Below are positions 19,397 through 28,846 of a DNA stretch of 64,000 bases, piece after piece; the first letter of the stretch is position 1, and each line of letters begins with the position of its first letter. The stretch is from an uncultured delta proteobacterium (GTDB taxonomy: Bacteria; Myxococcota; Myxococcia; Myxococcales; Myxococcaceae). The position numbers and the translations under genes are program-made. The notes under the pieces were generated by a model that worked only from the letters and a program-made list of their open reading frames with translations, made no database searches and was not told the DNA's origin. The DNA is taken from the NCBI GenBank assembly GCA_963796055.1, contig CAWCKH010000004.1, positions 3,456,001 to 3,520,000 of the forward strand, written 5' to 3'.

Positions 19397-19585
19397 GTGA
19401 CCACTCTGACCATCATCCCGACAACCCGGATCGCCACCGAGGACTCCCCGAGGGCGACGCTTCTCGCCCGGCTCGTGGAGCGCATCGTCCGGCTCCCGTG
19501 GCTGGGCAAGGCGAGCGTGGAGCCGGTGCTGGCCCGCGCCATCGACGAGGCCTTCGAGAGCCTCGCGCGCGAGGCCCGGACCTGA
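19397..19585 (+). CDS. 62-aa hypothetical protein
   Basis: GGAGG RBS before GTG; amphipathic helical sequence. Confidence 0.45.
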   Translation: MTTLTIIPTTRIATEDSPRATLLARLVERIVRLPWLGKASVEPVLARAIDEAFESLAREART

Positions 19586-19604
19586 GGAGAGGCAGCGCCT
19601 CGAC

Positions 19605-22600
19605 TCAGGGCGAGACGACCTCGAGCTCCACACCGCGAAGGCGGAACCCGCCTGCGTCGAGCGCACGGCGGAGGCTCTCGACGGGCGCCGTGGTGTCCGG
19701 CGCGGGGATGGGAAAGACCGCCCACGAATGCGCTCCCCGGGCGAGGCGGTATTTGAGGCTGGGGAGCACGTTCACCTGCGAGAGCCCGGCGCCCGAGGGG
19801 CCCTCGACGATCCGGGCTAGTTCCTCTCCGGTTCGCCCGTCGAGCAGGACCGCGCCCGCACCCTCGTGAGAGACTGTGACGACGGAACCGTCTGCGGACC
19901 AGCCGACCGTCGACCCGATGGAGGTGGGGTTGGGCGCGCTCCAGACCGTCTCGAATCCGGGGAGCCTCCAGACGGCAATCCGCCCGGGCACGTACATGAC
20001 GACGCGAGAGCCATCGGGGCTGATCGCCATCGTTTCGGGGCGGTCCGGCAGCCGGAGGCGGCTCCTGGTTCCGGTGGAGACTTGCTGCAGCACGAACCCA
20101 TCGGACTCCAGCCAGCCGATCCACTCCCCGCTTGGCGCGATCGCGTGGTGGTCGTTCCGCCGAACGCTCCCCATGGGCTCGTCGAGAAGGATTGAAGCTC
20201 CGCGGACGTCCCAGACGCGACGCCTCTGGTCGGAGCGTGTCAGGAGGCGACTTCCGTCGGGCGAGAGCAGGACGGTGAGGCACTGCTCGCACGCGAGCCG
20301 GGCCAGCTCCTGTCCATCGTCCGCCCTCTGGATGACGACGTCCGGACGACGGGCGAGGGCCAGAGTGGATCCGTCGCTGGAGAGAGCTGCGTCTCCGACC
20401 GTCGGGTCGGTGAGTTCGCGGATCAGCGTGCCGTCCTCCGAACGTAGCTCCACCCGCTTCCACCTCTCGACGAGAAGGAACCGTGCGCGCCCGGCGCGGA
20501 AGACCAGGCGCGAGCTGAACGAGCCGCTGGTGCTCGGCGCCGGGCGGCGAAGGTTCCAGGAGATTAGGGTTCGCCCTCCCGAGAGCCCCGAGGCGTAGAG
20601 CTTCGACCCGTCGGGCGAGAACGCGTAGCTCGGGACGCCGGGGGGGCGGCTGAGGGTGACGAAGACGACACGGTCGCGGAGATCCACCACGTCGGCGCGG
20701 TTCAGCGTCGGGCTGTCCACCACCACCCGGTGCCCGTCCGCGCTGACCGCCAGGACGCGGCCGTCCGACATCACGCCAAACCCGGAAGCGGACCTGCCAG
20801 GGAGCTCCATGGAGAAGTCTCCCTCGGGCCCACCGAAGAGCTGCAGCGAGCCCGAGCGCACCAGCGCCACGCCATGGGCGGTGAAGACTATCTCCGCCGC
20901 ATCGGGCGCGGGCCGGGAGGCCAGTTCCCGCCCTGACGCCATGTCCCAGAGTCGAACGATTCCTCCCTGGTCCTTGAACGCCAGCCGGTCTCCTGCCGGG
21001 GAGATGACACACGGAGCGTTCAGGGCGACCTCCGGGTGCGCGTCGGCGCCATCCACCAGAAGGACACCCTTGCTGATGCGAGCACGAGGGGTGGGGGGGC
21101 CGCTCCAGCAGAGCCACTCCTCCTTCAGTTCGGAGGTGAAGCGCTCCTGTCCCGTGATGAGATCCAGGATGCGGGTGAGATGTCCGAACGTGACGCGGAC
21201 GGCCCCACCGGTGATGCGCGCCCTGTTGATCGGCTCCTCCAGCCGTGCGGTCCACAGGGTACGGCCCGTCGCGATCTCGTAGACACGCGCGATGTCTACT
21301 CGGGTCTCGAGCGAGACCAAGGTCCCGTCGGGCAGGACGTCGACGTCGGTGAACGCGCCGGGGGGGCCGGTGAGGACGCTGCCTCGCCCCGGCATGCGCT
21401 CCATGGCCAGGGCGCTGCCCCAGCGGGCCACGGCGGCATCGTGCTCGATCCGGCTCGCGGCGTAGTAGGCGGCAGCGCGCGCCCAGTCGCTCACGTCCTC
21501 GGCGCGCCGGGCACGCTCGATCAACGCGGATGCGAGATTCACCCGGGCATGCTGGAGCTGGACCAGCACCGCCACCGCAGCGACGATCAGGATGAGGACC
21601 GCCGCGGCGATGGCCACGCTCAGCGCCGGGTTTCGCTTCACGAGCTTCCGCGTCAGCTCGAGGGTTCCGTAGGCATAGGCCTCGACCCGCCCACCCGCCC
21701 GATAGGCCAAGAGCTCGCTGGCGAAGGCGGCGGCGTCCGGATAGCGCTCGGCCGGAATGCTCCGGAGCGCGCGCTCGGCGATGGCGGCCAGCTCCGGGGG
21801 CGCTTCCGGACACAACACCCGGACCGGTACCCGCCGCCCGGAACGCACCGCCTCGATGACCTGGGCGTTGTCGGCCCCCTCGAAGGGCGGTCTTCCGGTC
21901 AGCAGCTCGTAGAGCATCGCCCCGAGGCTGAACACGTCGCTCCGCTCGTCGATGGCCTCGAGATCGCCCCGCGCCTGCTCGGGACTCATGTACGAGGGCG
22001 TTCCGAGTGCCACGCCGGCCTGGGTCAGCTCCGGGCTGGACTCGGGCGTGGACGTCGCGACCGCCGCTTCGGCCTCGTCACGCCGCTTGGCCAGGCCCCA
22101 GTCGACGACCACCGTCTCGCCGTACGGGCCGACCATCACGTTCGAGGGCTTGAGGTCCCGGTGCACCACGGCCCGTGCATGCGCGTAGGCCACGGCCTGG
22201 GCTGCGTCGACGAGATGCGGGAGCAGCTCGAGCCGCTGGCTGAGCGTTCGGCACTGGGCGAGTGCCGCCTTGAGCGTCCGGCCCCGGATCAGCTTCTGGG
22301 CCGAGTAGAGCCTCCCATCAGGGCGCTGCGCGAGCTCGTGAACGGCCACGATGCCCGGATGATCCAGCTGCCCGGTGAGCCGTGCCTCGCGGAGGAAGCG
22401 GGCCCTGGCCCCGCTCGCACTCCCGGGAGAATCCCCTGTGCCGGGAGACGTGAGCTCCTTGAGCGCGACCTCCCGTCCCACGACGCGGTCGAGCGCGCGC
22501 CAGACGATTGACTGCCCGCCACGGCCGAGCTCGTCGAGCCGGACATACTTTCCCTCGGGCTCGACCGGAATGACCTCCGCGCCCTCGAAGGCAGGTGCTT

Positions 22601-22895
22601 GCGCCTGGGAGTCGTCATGGAGCGCGCCGAGGGTGTAGGAGAGGGCCCGCGCTCCGTCCACCGACTCCAGCACTCGCTCCGGGCTTCCACCGTTCGCGGC
22701 CAGAGCCTCGGTGGCGAGGGCCATCACGAGGTCACGCCGCTCCGGAGTCAGCGCGCCCGAGTCCACGAGGTGATCGAGCAGCGACCGGCCGTCGCGCACC
22801 AGCATGCGCATCGAGGCCGCGGTCATCACCTGCGCCGGGGTGACGAACCCGGCCTGCGCGGCCAGGACCCCGAGAATGAGATTCCGGTCGTCCAT
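19605..22895 (-). CDS. Ser/Thr protein kinase - TM - WD40-like beta-propeller, copy 1
   Basis: GRGGQS, VALK, HRDLKPSN, DWG, GTPSYMSPEQ; TM helix; SPDG/WD repeats. Confidence 0.93.
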   Translation of the reverse strand: MDDRNLILGVLAAQAGFVTPAQVMTAASMRMLVRDGRSLLDHLVDSGALTPERRDLVMALATEALAANGGSPERVLESVDGARALSYTLGALHDDSQAQAPAFEGAEVIPVEPEGKYVRLDELGRGGQSIVWRALDRVVGREVALKELTSPGTGDSPGSASGARARFLREARLTGQLDHPGIVAVHELAQRPDGRLYSAQKLIRGRTLKAALAQCRTLSQRLELLPHLVDAAQAVAYAHARAVVHRDLKPSNVMVGPYGETVVVDWGLAKRRDEAEAAVATSTPESSPELTQAGVALGTPSYMSPEQARGDLEAIDERSDVFSLGAMLYELLTGRPPFEGADNAQVIEAVRSGRRVPVRVLCPEAPPELAAIAERALRSIPAERYPDAAAFASELLAYRAGGRVEAYAYGTLELTRKLVKRNPALSVAIAAAVLILIVAAVAVLVQLQHARVNLASALIERARRAEDVSDWARAAAYYAASRIEHDAAVARWGSALAMERMPGRGSVLTGPPGAFTDVDVLPDGTLVSLETRVDIARVYEIATGRTLWTARLEEPINRARITGGAVRVTFGHLTRILDLITGQERFTSELKEEWLCWSGPPTPRARISKGVLLVDGADAHPEVALNAPCVISPAGDRLAFKDQGGIVRLWDMASGRELASRPAPDAAEIVFTAHGVALVRSGSLQLFGGPEGDFSMELPGRSASGFGVMSDGRVLAVSADGHRVVVDSPTLNRADVVDLRDRVVFVTLSRPPGVPSYAFSPDGSKLYASGLSGGRTLISWNLRRPAPSTSGSFSSRLVFRAGRARFLLVERWKRVELRSEDGTLIRELTDPTVGDAALSSDGSTLALARRPDVVIQRADDGQELARLACEQCLTVLLSPDGSRLLTRSDQRRRVWDVRGASILLDEPMGSVRRNDHHAIAPSGEWIGWLESDGFVLQQVSTGTRSRLRLPDRPETMAISPDGSRVVMYVPGRIAVWRLPGFETVWSAPNPTSIGSTVGWSADGSVVTVSHEGAGAVLLDGRTGEELARIVEGPSGAGLSQVNVLPSLKYRLARGAHSWAVFPIPAPDTTAPVESLRRALDAGGFRLRGVELEVVSP

Positions 22896-23302
22896 CGACG
22901 CGCGGCTCAGGGCCGACTGAGAACTGCCGTTGCGCATCGACTCTCCGTCAATTGCCGGAGGGCGTGCTCTGACCTTGCAGCGGGTCCGAAATTCGGCAGG
23001 TAGGTCACTCTCTTCACTTCCTCGTTCATCGGCGGGGCCGTGAGCCGAAACGGGGGACGAAGCGCATTGCCCGAGCCTACTGCGATGCGCCCTCGACTGC
23101 CCGCAGCGCGCGATGCTGACCCGAGGTTCAGCGGTGACGGGGACTCCTGCCCACCGCGACCGCCGCTCTCCGCCGGTAACGGATCCGGCGCTTGCTGCGA
23201 CAGATTCGTGAAGGGTTCAGGGCGAGGCCTCCACCGCCCGAGATTGCGCTCGGTCCGTGACGAGGTCGGCGCGAAAGCGCCCGGCATGGACCGCTGGAAG
23301 GA

Positions 23303-24667
23303 GTGTCGGTGGTCTTCTGGATCGAGTTCGCGATGGTGCTCACCGCCATCCTCCTCGGCATCCGCCGGGGTGGAATCGCGCTCGGGCTGATCGGCGGCCT
23401 CGGAGTCGCGCTGCTCGTCTTCCTCTTCCGCGCCCCGCCCTCCGAGCCACCGGTCGCGGTCATGCTGATCATCCTCGCGGTGGTCACCGCCTCCGCCACG
23501 CTGCAGGTCGCCGGCGGCCTCGAGTATCTCGTCCAGCTCACCGAGAAGCTGCTGCGCGCGCACCCGAACCGCGTCACGCTCCTCGCGCCGCTCTGCACCT
23601 TCCTTCTCACCGTCTGCGTGGGCACCGGGCACGCGGTGTACGCCCTCTTCCCCGTCATCGCCGACGTTGCGCTGAAGACGCGGATCCGCCCGGAGCGGCC
23701 GATGGCGGTCTCCAGCGTCGCCGCGCAGATGGGCATCACCGCCAGCCCGGTCGCCGCGGCCGTGACCACCTTCCTCGGCTACTCGTCCAGGATGGGAGCG
23801 GCCCTCACGATCTTCGACATCCTCAAGATCACGCTGCCGGCCGGGATCGTCGGCGTGATCGCGGCCGCGACCTGGAGCTTGAAGCGCGGCGTGGAGCTCG
23901 AGAAGGACCCCGAGTTCCAGCGGCGCATGGGAGACCCGGCGCTGCGGGCCCAGCTCGAGACGACGGTGACGACCCTCGAGAAGAAGCTGCCGGCGTCCGC
24001 GAAACTGTCGGTGGCGCTCTTCTTCGGCGGTGTGCTGTTCATCGTCGGGCTCGCGCTCCGCGACACGTTCGCGAACGCGGGCTACCACCTCCCGCAGCTC
24101 CTTCCGCTGGTCGGCGGAAGGCCGGTGCCGATGACCACGGTGGTGCAGGTGGTGATGCTCGCTTCCGGGGCGTTGATCCTCTTCGCCGCGAAGGTGAAGG
24201 CGGCTGACGTTGCGAACGCGAGCGTCTTCAAGGCGGGCATGATCGCGGTGGTTTCGATCCTCGGCATTGCCTGGATGAGCGACACCTTCGTCACCTCGAA
24301 CCAGGCGCTGCTCATCGGCAAGATCAAGGCAATGGTGCAGCTGGCACCCTGGACCTTCGCCATCGCGATGTTCTGTGTCTCGGCATTCGTGAAGAGCCAG
24401 GCGGCCACGTTGACGGTGATGATCCCGTTCGGGATCGTGCTCGGTCTACCCGCGACCCTGATACTGGGGCTGATCCCGGCGAGCTACGCGTACTTCTTCT
24501 TCTGTTTCTATCCGAGCGATCTCGCCGCGATCAGCATGGACCGGACCGGAACCACCCACATCGGCAAGTACCTGCTCAACCACAGCTTCATGGTGCCGGG
24601 ATTGATCGGCGTCTCGGTCTCGACGACGGTCGCGTACCTGCTCGCCCGGTTCGCCTTCCACTTCTAG
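23303..24667 (+). CDS. anaerobic C4-dicarboxylate transporter, DcuA/DcuB family
   Basis: GGIALGL, IRPERPM, ASPVAAA, DRTGTTHIGKYLLNHSF; start may be GTG 23309. Confidence 0.92.
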   Translation: MSVVFWIEFAMVLTAILLGIRRGGIALGLIGGLGVALLVFLFRAPPSEPPVAVMLIILAVVTASATLQVAGGLEYLVQLTEKLLRAHPNRVTLLAPLCTFLLTVCVGTGHAVYALFPVIADVALKTRIRPERPMAVSSVAAQMGITASPVAAAVTTFLGYSSRMGAALTIFDILKITLPAGIVGVIAAATWSLKRGVELEKDPEFQRRMGDPALRAQLETTVTTLEKKLPASAKLSVALFFGGVLFIVGLALRDTFANAGYHLPQLLPLVGGRPVPMTTVVQVVMLASGALILFAAKVKAADVANASVFKAGMIAVVSILGIAWMSDTFVTSNQALLIGKIKAMVQLAPWTFAIAMFCVSAFVKSQAATLTVMIPFGIVLGLPATLILGLIPASYAYFFFCFYPSDLAAISMDRTGTTHIGKYLLNHSFMVPGLIGVSVSTTVAYLLARFAFHF

Positions 24668-24678
24668 GAGTGAACGGA

Positions 24679-25482
24679 ATGCCGACGAACCCCGTTGGAC
24701 CGGTGAGCGAGGGAATGCGACCCATTCTCGCCGGTCATCGCGCGCTGATCGTCGGCATCGCCAACGACCGGTCGATCGCTTACGGCTGCGCCCGCGCCTT
24801 CCGCGAGGCCGGCGCCGAGCTGGCCATCACCTGGCTCAACGAGAAGGCGCGCGTCCACGTGGAGCCGCTGGCGCGGGAGCTAAGCGCGAGCATCACCGCA
24901 CCGCTCGACGTCGAAGCTTCGGGGCAGATGGAGGCTCTGTTCGATCTTCTCCGCTCGCGCTGGGGCAAGCTGGACAGCTTCATCCACTCCATTGCCTTCG
25001 CTCCGAAGGAGGATCTCCAGGGCGGCCTGCTCGACTGCTCGGCCGCAGGATTCGCCCGGGCGATGGACGTGTCCTGCCACTCCTTCATCCGGATGGCCCG
25101 GCTGGCGGCGCCGCTGATGACCCAGGGCGGGACGATGTTCGCCATGAGCTACCTCGGCGCGAACCGCGTCGTCGCCAATTACAACGTGATGGGCCCGGTG
25201 AAGGCGGCGCTCGAGGCATCCTGCCGGTACCTGGCGCATGAGCTCGGTCCGGCCCGCATCCGGGTCCACGCCATCTCGCCGGGGCCCCTGAAGACGCGGG
25301 CGGCCTCCGGACTGAAGGATTTCGAGGCGCTGCTGAACGAGGCGGCGCACAAGGCTCCCCTGGGCGAGCTGGTGGACATCATGGACGTGGGCTTCGCCTG
25401 CGCGTACCTGGCCACCCCCTTCGCCCGGCGGATCACCGGCGGCACGGTGTACGTCGACGGGGGCGCGAACGTCGTCGGCTGA
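24679..25482 (+). CDS. fabI: enoyl-ACP reductase (NADH)
   Basis: GIANDRSIAYG, HSIAFAP, YNVMGPVKAALE, SPGPLKTRAASG. Confidence 0.93.
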   Translation: MPTNPVGPVSEGMRPILAGHRALIVGIANDRSIAYGCARAFREAGAELAITWLNEKARVHVEPLARELSASITAPLDVEASGQMEALFDLLRSRWGKLDSFIHSIAFAPKEDLQGGLLDCSAAGFARAMDVSCHSFIRMARLAAPLMTQGGTMFAMSYLGANRVVANYNVMGPVKAALEASCRYLAHELGPARIRVHAISPGPLKTRAASGLKDFEALLNEAAHKAPLGELVDIMDVGFACAYLATPFARRITGGTVYVDGGANVVG

Positions 25483-25518
25483 GCGAGCGAGAGAACCGAA
25501 GCTGCTCGAGGTCGTCCA

Positions 25519-28500
25519 TCAAGGCGAGACGACCTCGAGTTCCACGCCCTTGAGCCGGAACCCACCCTCCGCGAGCGTGCGACGGAGGCTCTCTGGCGCA
25601 GCAGTGCGTTCCGGCTCGGGGAGCGGGAACAGCGACCAGGAATGCCCGGTCCGGGCGAGGCGGTAGCGCAGGCTGGGCAGCACGTTGACCTGGGAAGCTC
25701 CCGCTCCCGCGCGACCCTCGACGATGCGAGCCAGGGCTTCTCCGGTGCGCCCGTCCAGCAGGAGCGCGCCTGCCCCCTCGTAAGCGACGGTGACGATGGA
25801 TCCGTCCGCTGACCATCCGACTGCTGCCGGCACGGAGGAGGGATTGGGCACGGCCCAGACCCGTTCGAGACCCGGCAGCTTCCAGACCGCGAAGCTCGCG
25901 GGGAGGGAGACGACCATGCGGGTCCCATCCGGGCTGATGCTGGTCGACCTCGGCGTCTCGGGCAGCGCGAGCCGGGTGAGACTGCCTGTCGAGAGGTCCT
26001 CCACCACGACGCCATCGTTCTCGCACCAGGCCATCCGGTCTCCGGAGGGAGACAGGGTCTTCGGCGCGGTCAACGAGACACCCCCCAGAGGCTCGTCCCG
26101 AACGAGCTTGGGCCCATCCACATCCCAGACGCGCCGCCGCTCCCTCGAGAAGCCGACCACACGAGATCCGTTCTCGGAGAGCATGACAACCAGACACAGC
26201 TTGCAGGAGAGCCGGGCAAGCTCCCGTCCATCATCGGCCCGGTGCACCACGACTTCCTCGGGATAGGCGATGGCGATCGTGGATCCGTCCGACGAGATCC
26301 TCGCGTCCCAGTGGGTTCCCGGAACATCGATCGTGCGGAGGAGTGTCCCGTCGTCCGCACGCAGCTCCATCCGATGCATGTCGTCGAGCATGAAGCGGTC
26401 GCGCGCGGTACGCAGGTAGACCCGGGAGCCGGCCGAGCCGCTCGTCGTCGCGTCGGGACGGCGCAGGTTCCAGGAGATCAACGCCCGTCCTCCGGAGAGC
26501 CCTGCCGCGTAGAGCTTGCTGCCATCCGGTGAGAAGGCGTAGCTCGGGTCTCCGGGAGGGCGGCTCACGCTCACGAACACGGCACGGTCGCGAAGGTCCA
26601 CCACGTCGGCGCGGTTCAGGCTCGGGCTGTCCACCACCACCCGGTGCCCATCCGGGCTGACCGCCACTCCGCGCCCTGCCGCCACGAAGGCGAATCCCGA
26701 CGCCGACCGGCCGGGGACCTCGACAGAGAAGTCGCCCTCCGGGCCGCCGAAGAGCTGGAGGGCTCCTGAGCGGACCAGTGCCACCCCGTGCGCGGTGAAG
26801 ACAATGTCCTGCGCATCCGGCGCGGGTCGGGAGGTGATCTCCCGTCGGGCGTCGAGGTCCCAGAGGTGCACCAGACCCTGGAGATCCCGGATGGCCAGTC
26901 GAGTGCCGTCCCCGGAAATGGCGCACGGATCACGAGCGAGGACCTCGATGCGCGGGCCCTCCGCCCCCTCGACGTAAAGGACGCCGGGACGCTGGATGCG
27001 AACGCGGCGCGTGGCGGGACCGTTCCTGCAAAGCGATTCTCGGTCGCCGTCCACCATGAAGAGCTCCTCGCCCGTGTGCTCGTCCAGGATGTGGTCGACA
27101 TGTCCGGAGAGAAGACGGACTGTCCCGGAAGTGATCCGCGCGCGTTGGATCGGCTCTGCCATCTGCGCCGTCCAGAGGCTCCGGCCAGTGGCTGCATCGT
27201 AGAGCCGCGCCAGGTTTTCCCGCGTCTCGAGCGCGAGCGCGGTGCCGTCGGGGAGGACATCGACGTCGGTGAAAGCGCCGGGCCCTCCGGTGAGGGCGCT
27301 CCCCCGCTCCGGCATCCGCTCCCTGGAGAGGGCGAGTCCCCACCGCGCCGCGGCGGTGTCGTTCTGAATGCGGCTCGCGGCGTAGTACGCGGCTGCACGC
27401 GCCCAGTCGCTCACGTCCTCGGCACGCCGGGCACGCTCGACCAGCGCAGACGCGAGATTGACCCGCGCTTGGCGGAGCTGGAGCGCAATTGCGACGGCGG
27501 CGCCGATGAGGATGAGCACCGAAGCAGCAATGGCCACGCTCAGCGCCGGGTTCCGCTGCACGAACTTCCGCACGAGCTCGAGGCTTCCGTAGGAATAGGC
27601 CTCCACTCGCGCACCGGCCCGGTAGGCCAGGAGCTCGCTGGCGAAGGCGGCGGCATCCGGATATCGCTCGGCCGGGTTTCTCCGCAGCGCGCGCTCGGCG
27701 ATGGCGGCCAGCTCCGGGGGCGCTTCCGGACAGACCACCCGGACCGGGACGATGTGCCCGGAACGCACCGCCTCGATCACCTGTGCGTTGTCCAGTCCCT
27801 GGAAGGGAGGCCGTCCCGTCAAGAGCTCGTAGAGCATCGCCCCGAGGCTGAACACGTCGCTCCGCTCGTCGATGGCCTGGAGGTCGCCCCGCGCTTGCTC
27901 CGGGCTCATGTACGACGGCGTGCCCAGCGCGATGCCGGCCTGGGTCAGCTCCGGCCCGAGGTCGGGGGTGGGCGTGTCGCTCGGCGCCTCGGCCTCGCTG
28001 CGGCGCTTGGCTAGCCCCCAGTCGACGACCACGGTCTCGCCGTACGGGCCCACCATCACGTTGGAGGGCTTGAGGTCCCGGTGCACCACCGCCCGGGCAT
28101 GGGCGTAGGCCATCGTCTGGGCTGCGTTGACGAGGTGAGGGAGGAGCTCGAGCCGCTGGCTCAACGTCCGGCACTGGGTCAGCGCAGCCTTGAGCGTCCG
28201 GCCCCGGACCAGCTTCTGGGCGGAGTAGAGCGTGCCGTCCGGACGCCGGGCGAGCTCGAGGACAGTGGCGATGCCGGGATGGTCCAGCTGGGCGGTGAGC
28301 CGCGCCTCGCGGAGGAACCGGGCCTGGGCCGCTCGAGTGCTTCCCGAGGACTTATCCGCTCCCGGCCAGGTGAGCTCCTTGAGCGCGACCTCCCGCCCCA
28401 CGAACCGGTCGAGCGCGCGCCAGACGATCGACTGCCCGCCACGGCCCAGCTCGTCGAGCCGGGCATACTGTCCTTCCCGCTCGACCGGAACGACGTCCGG

Positions 28501-28818
28501 ATTCCCGGGCGAGGCCGGCACCGGGCCAGCGTCGGCGGGCAGCTCCGACCCCAGAGTGCGGGCGATTGCCCGGGCACCGGGGAGCGAGTCCAGGACCCGC
28601 TCCGGTATCCCCCCGCTCGCGGCCAAGGCCTCGTTGGCGAGGGTGACGACCATGTCCCGTCGCTCGGGAGTGAGCGCTCCCGAATCGACCAGGTGGTCCA
28701 GGACCGAGCGACCGTCCCTGGCTAGCATCCGTGCCGAGCCCGCCGCGATCACTTGAGCCGGCGTGACGAACCCCGCCTGGGCCGCGAGAACTCCGAGCAT
28801 AAAATTCCGGTCGTCCAT
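25519..28818 (-). CDS. Ser/Thr protein kinase - TM - WD40-like beta-propeller, copy 2
   Basis: Same intact kinase motifs and architecture as copy 1. Confidence 0.93.
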   Translation of the reverse strand: MDDRNFMLGVLAAQAGFVTPAQVIAAGSARMLARDGRSVLDHLVDSGALTPERRDMVVTLANEALAASGGIPERVLDSLPGARAIARTLGSELPADAGPVPASPGNPDVVPVEREGQYARLDELGRGGQSIVWRALDRFVGREVALKELTWPGADKSSGSTRAAQARFLREARLTAQLDHPGIATVLELARRPDGTLYSAQKLVRGRTLKAALTQCRTLSQRLELLPHLVNAAQTMAYAHARAVVHRDLKPSNVMVGPYGETVVVDWGLAKRRSEAEAPSDTPTPDLGPELTQAGIALGTPSYMSPEQARGDLQAIDERSDVFSLGAMLYELLTGRPPFQGLDNAQVIEAVRSGHIVPVRVVCPEAPPELAAIAERALRRNPAERYPDAAAFASELLAYRAGARVEAYSYGSLELVRKFVQRNPALSVAIAASVLILIGAAVAIALQLRQARVNLASALVERARRAEDVSDWARAAAYYAASRIQNDTAAARWGLALSRERMPERGSALTGGPGAFTDVDVLPDGTALALETRENLARLYDAATGRSLWTAQMAEPIQRARITSGTVRLLSGHVDHILDEHTGEELFMVDGDRESLCRNGPATRRVRIQRPGVLYVEGAEGPRIEVLARDPCAISGDGTRLAIRDLQGLVHLWDLDARREITSRPAPDAQDIVFTAHGVALVRSGALQLFGGPEGDFSVEVPGRSASGFAFVAAGRGVAVSPDGHRVVVDSPSLNRADVVDLRDRAVFVSVSRPPGDPSYAFSPDGSKLYAAGLSGGRALISWNLRRPDATTSGSAGSRVYLRTARDRFMLDDMHRMELRADDGTLLRTIDVPGTHWDARISSDGSTIAIAYPEEVVVHRADDGRELARLSCKLCLVVMLSENGSRVVGFSRERRRVWDVDGPKLVRDEPLGGVSLTAPKTLSPSGDRMAWCENDGVVVEDLSTGSLTRLALPETPRSTSISPDGTRMVVSLPASFAVWKLPGLERVWAVPNPSSVPAAVGWSADGSIVTVAYEGAGALLLDGRTGEALARIVEGRAGAGASQVNVLPSLRYRLARTGHSWSLFPLPEPERTAAPESLRRTLAEGGFRLKGVELEVVSP

Positions 28819-28846
28819 CGGCCCGGGACTCAGCCTCGTCCAGCTG

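Noticed and set aside
25500..25521. ATG GAC GAC overlapping the kinase-2 stop, resembling a fourth kinase start
   Set aside because: Match ends after three codons and resembles the 3' flank of copy 3
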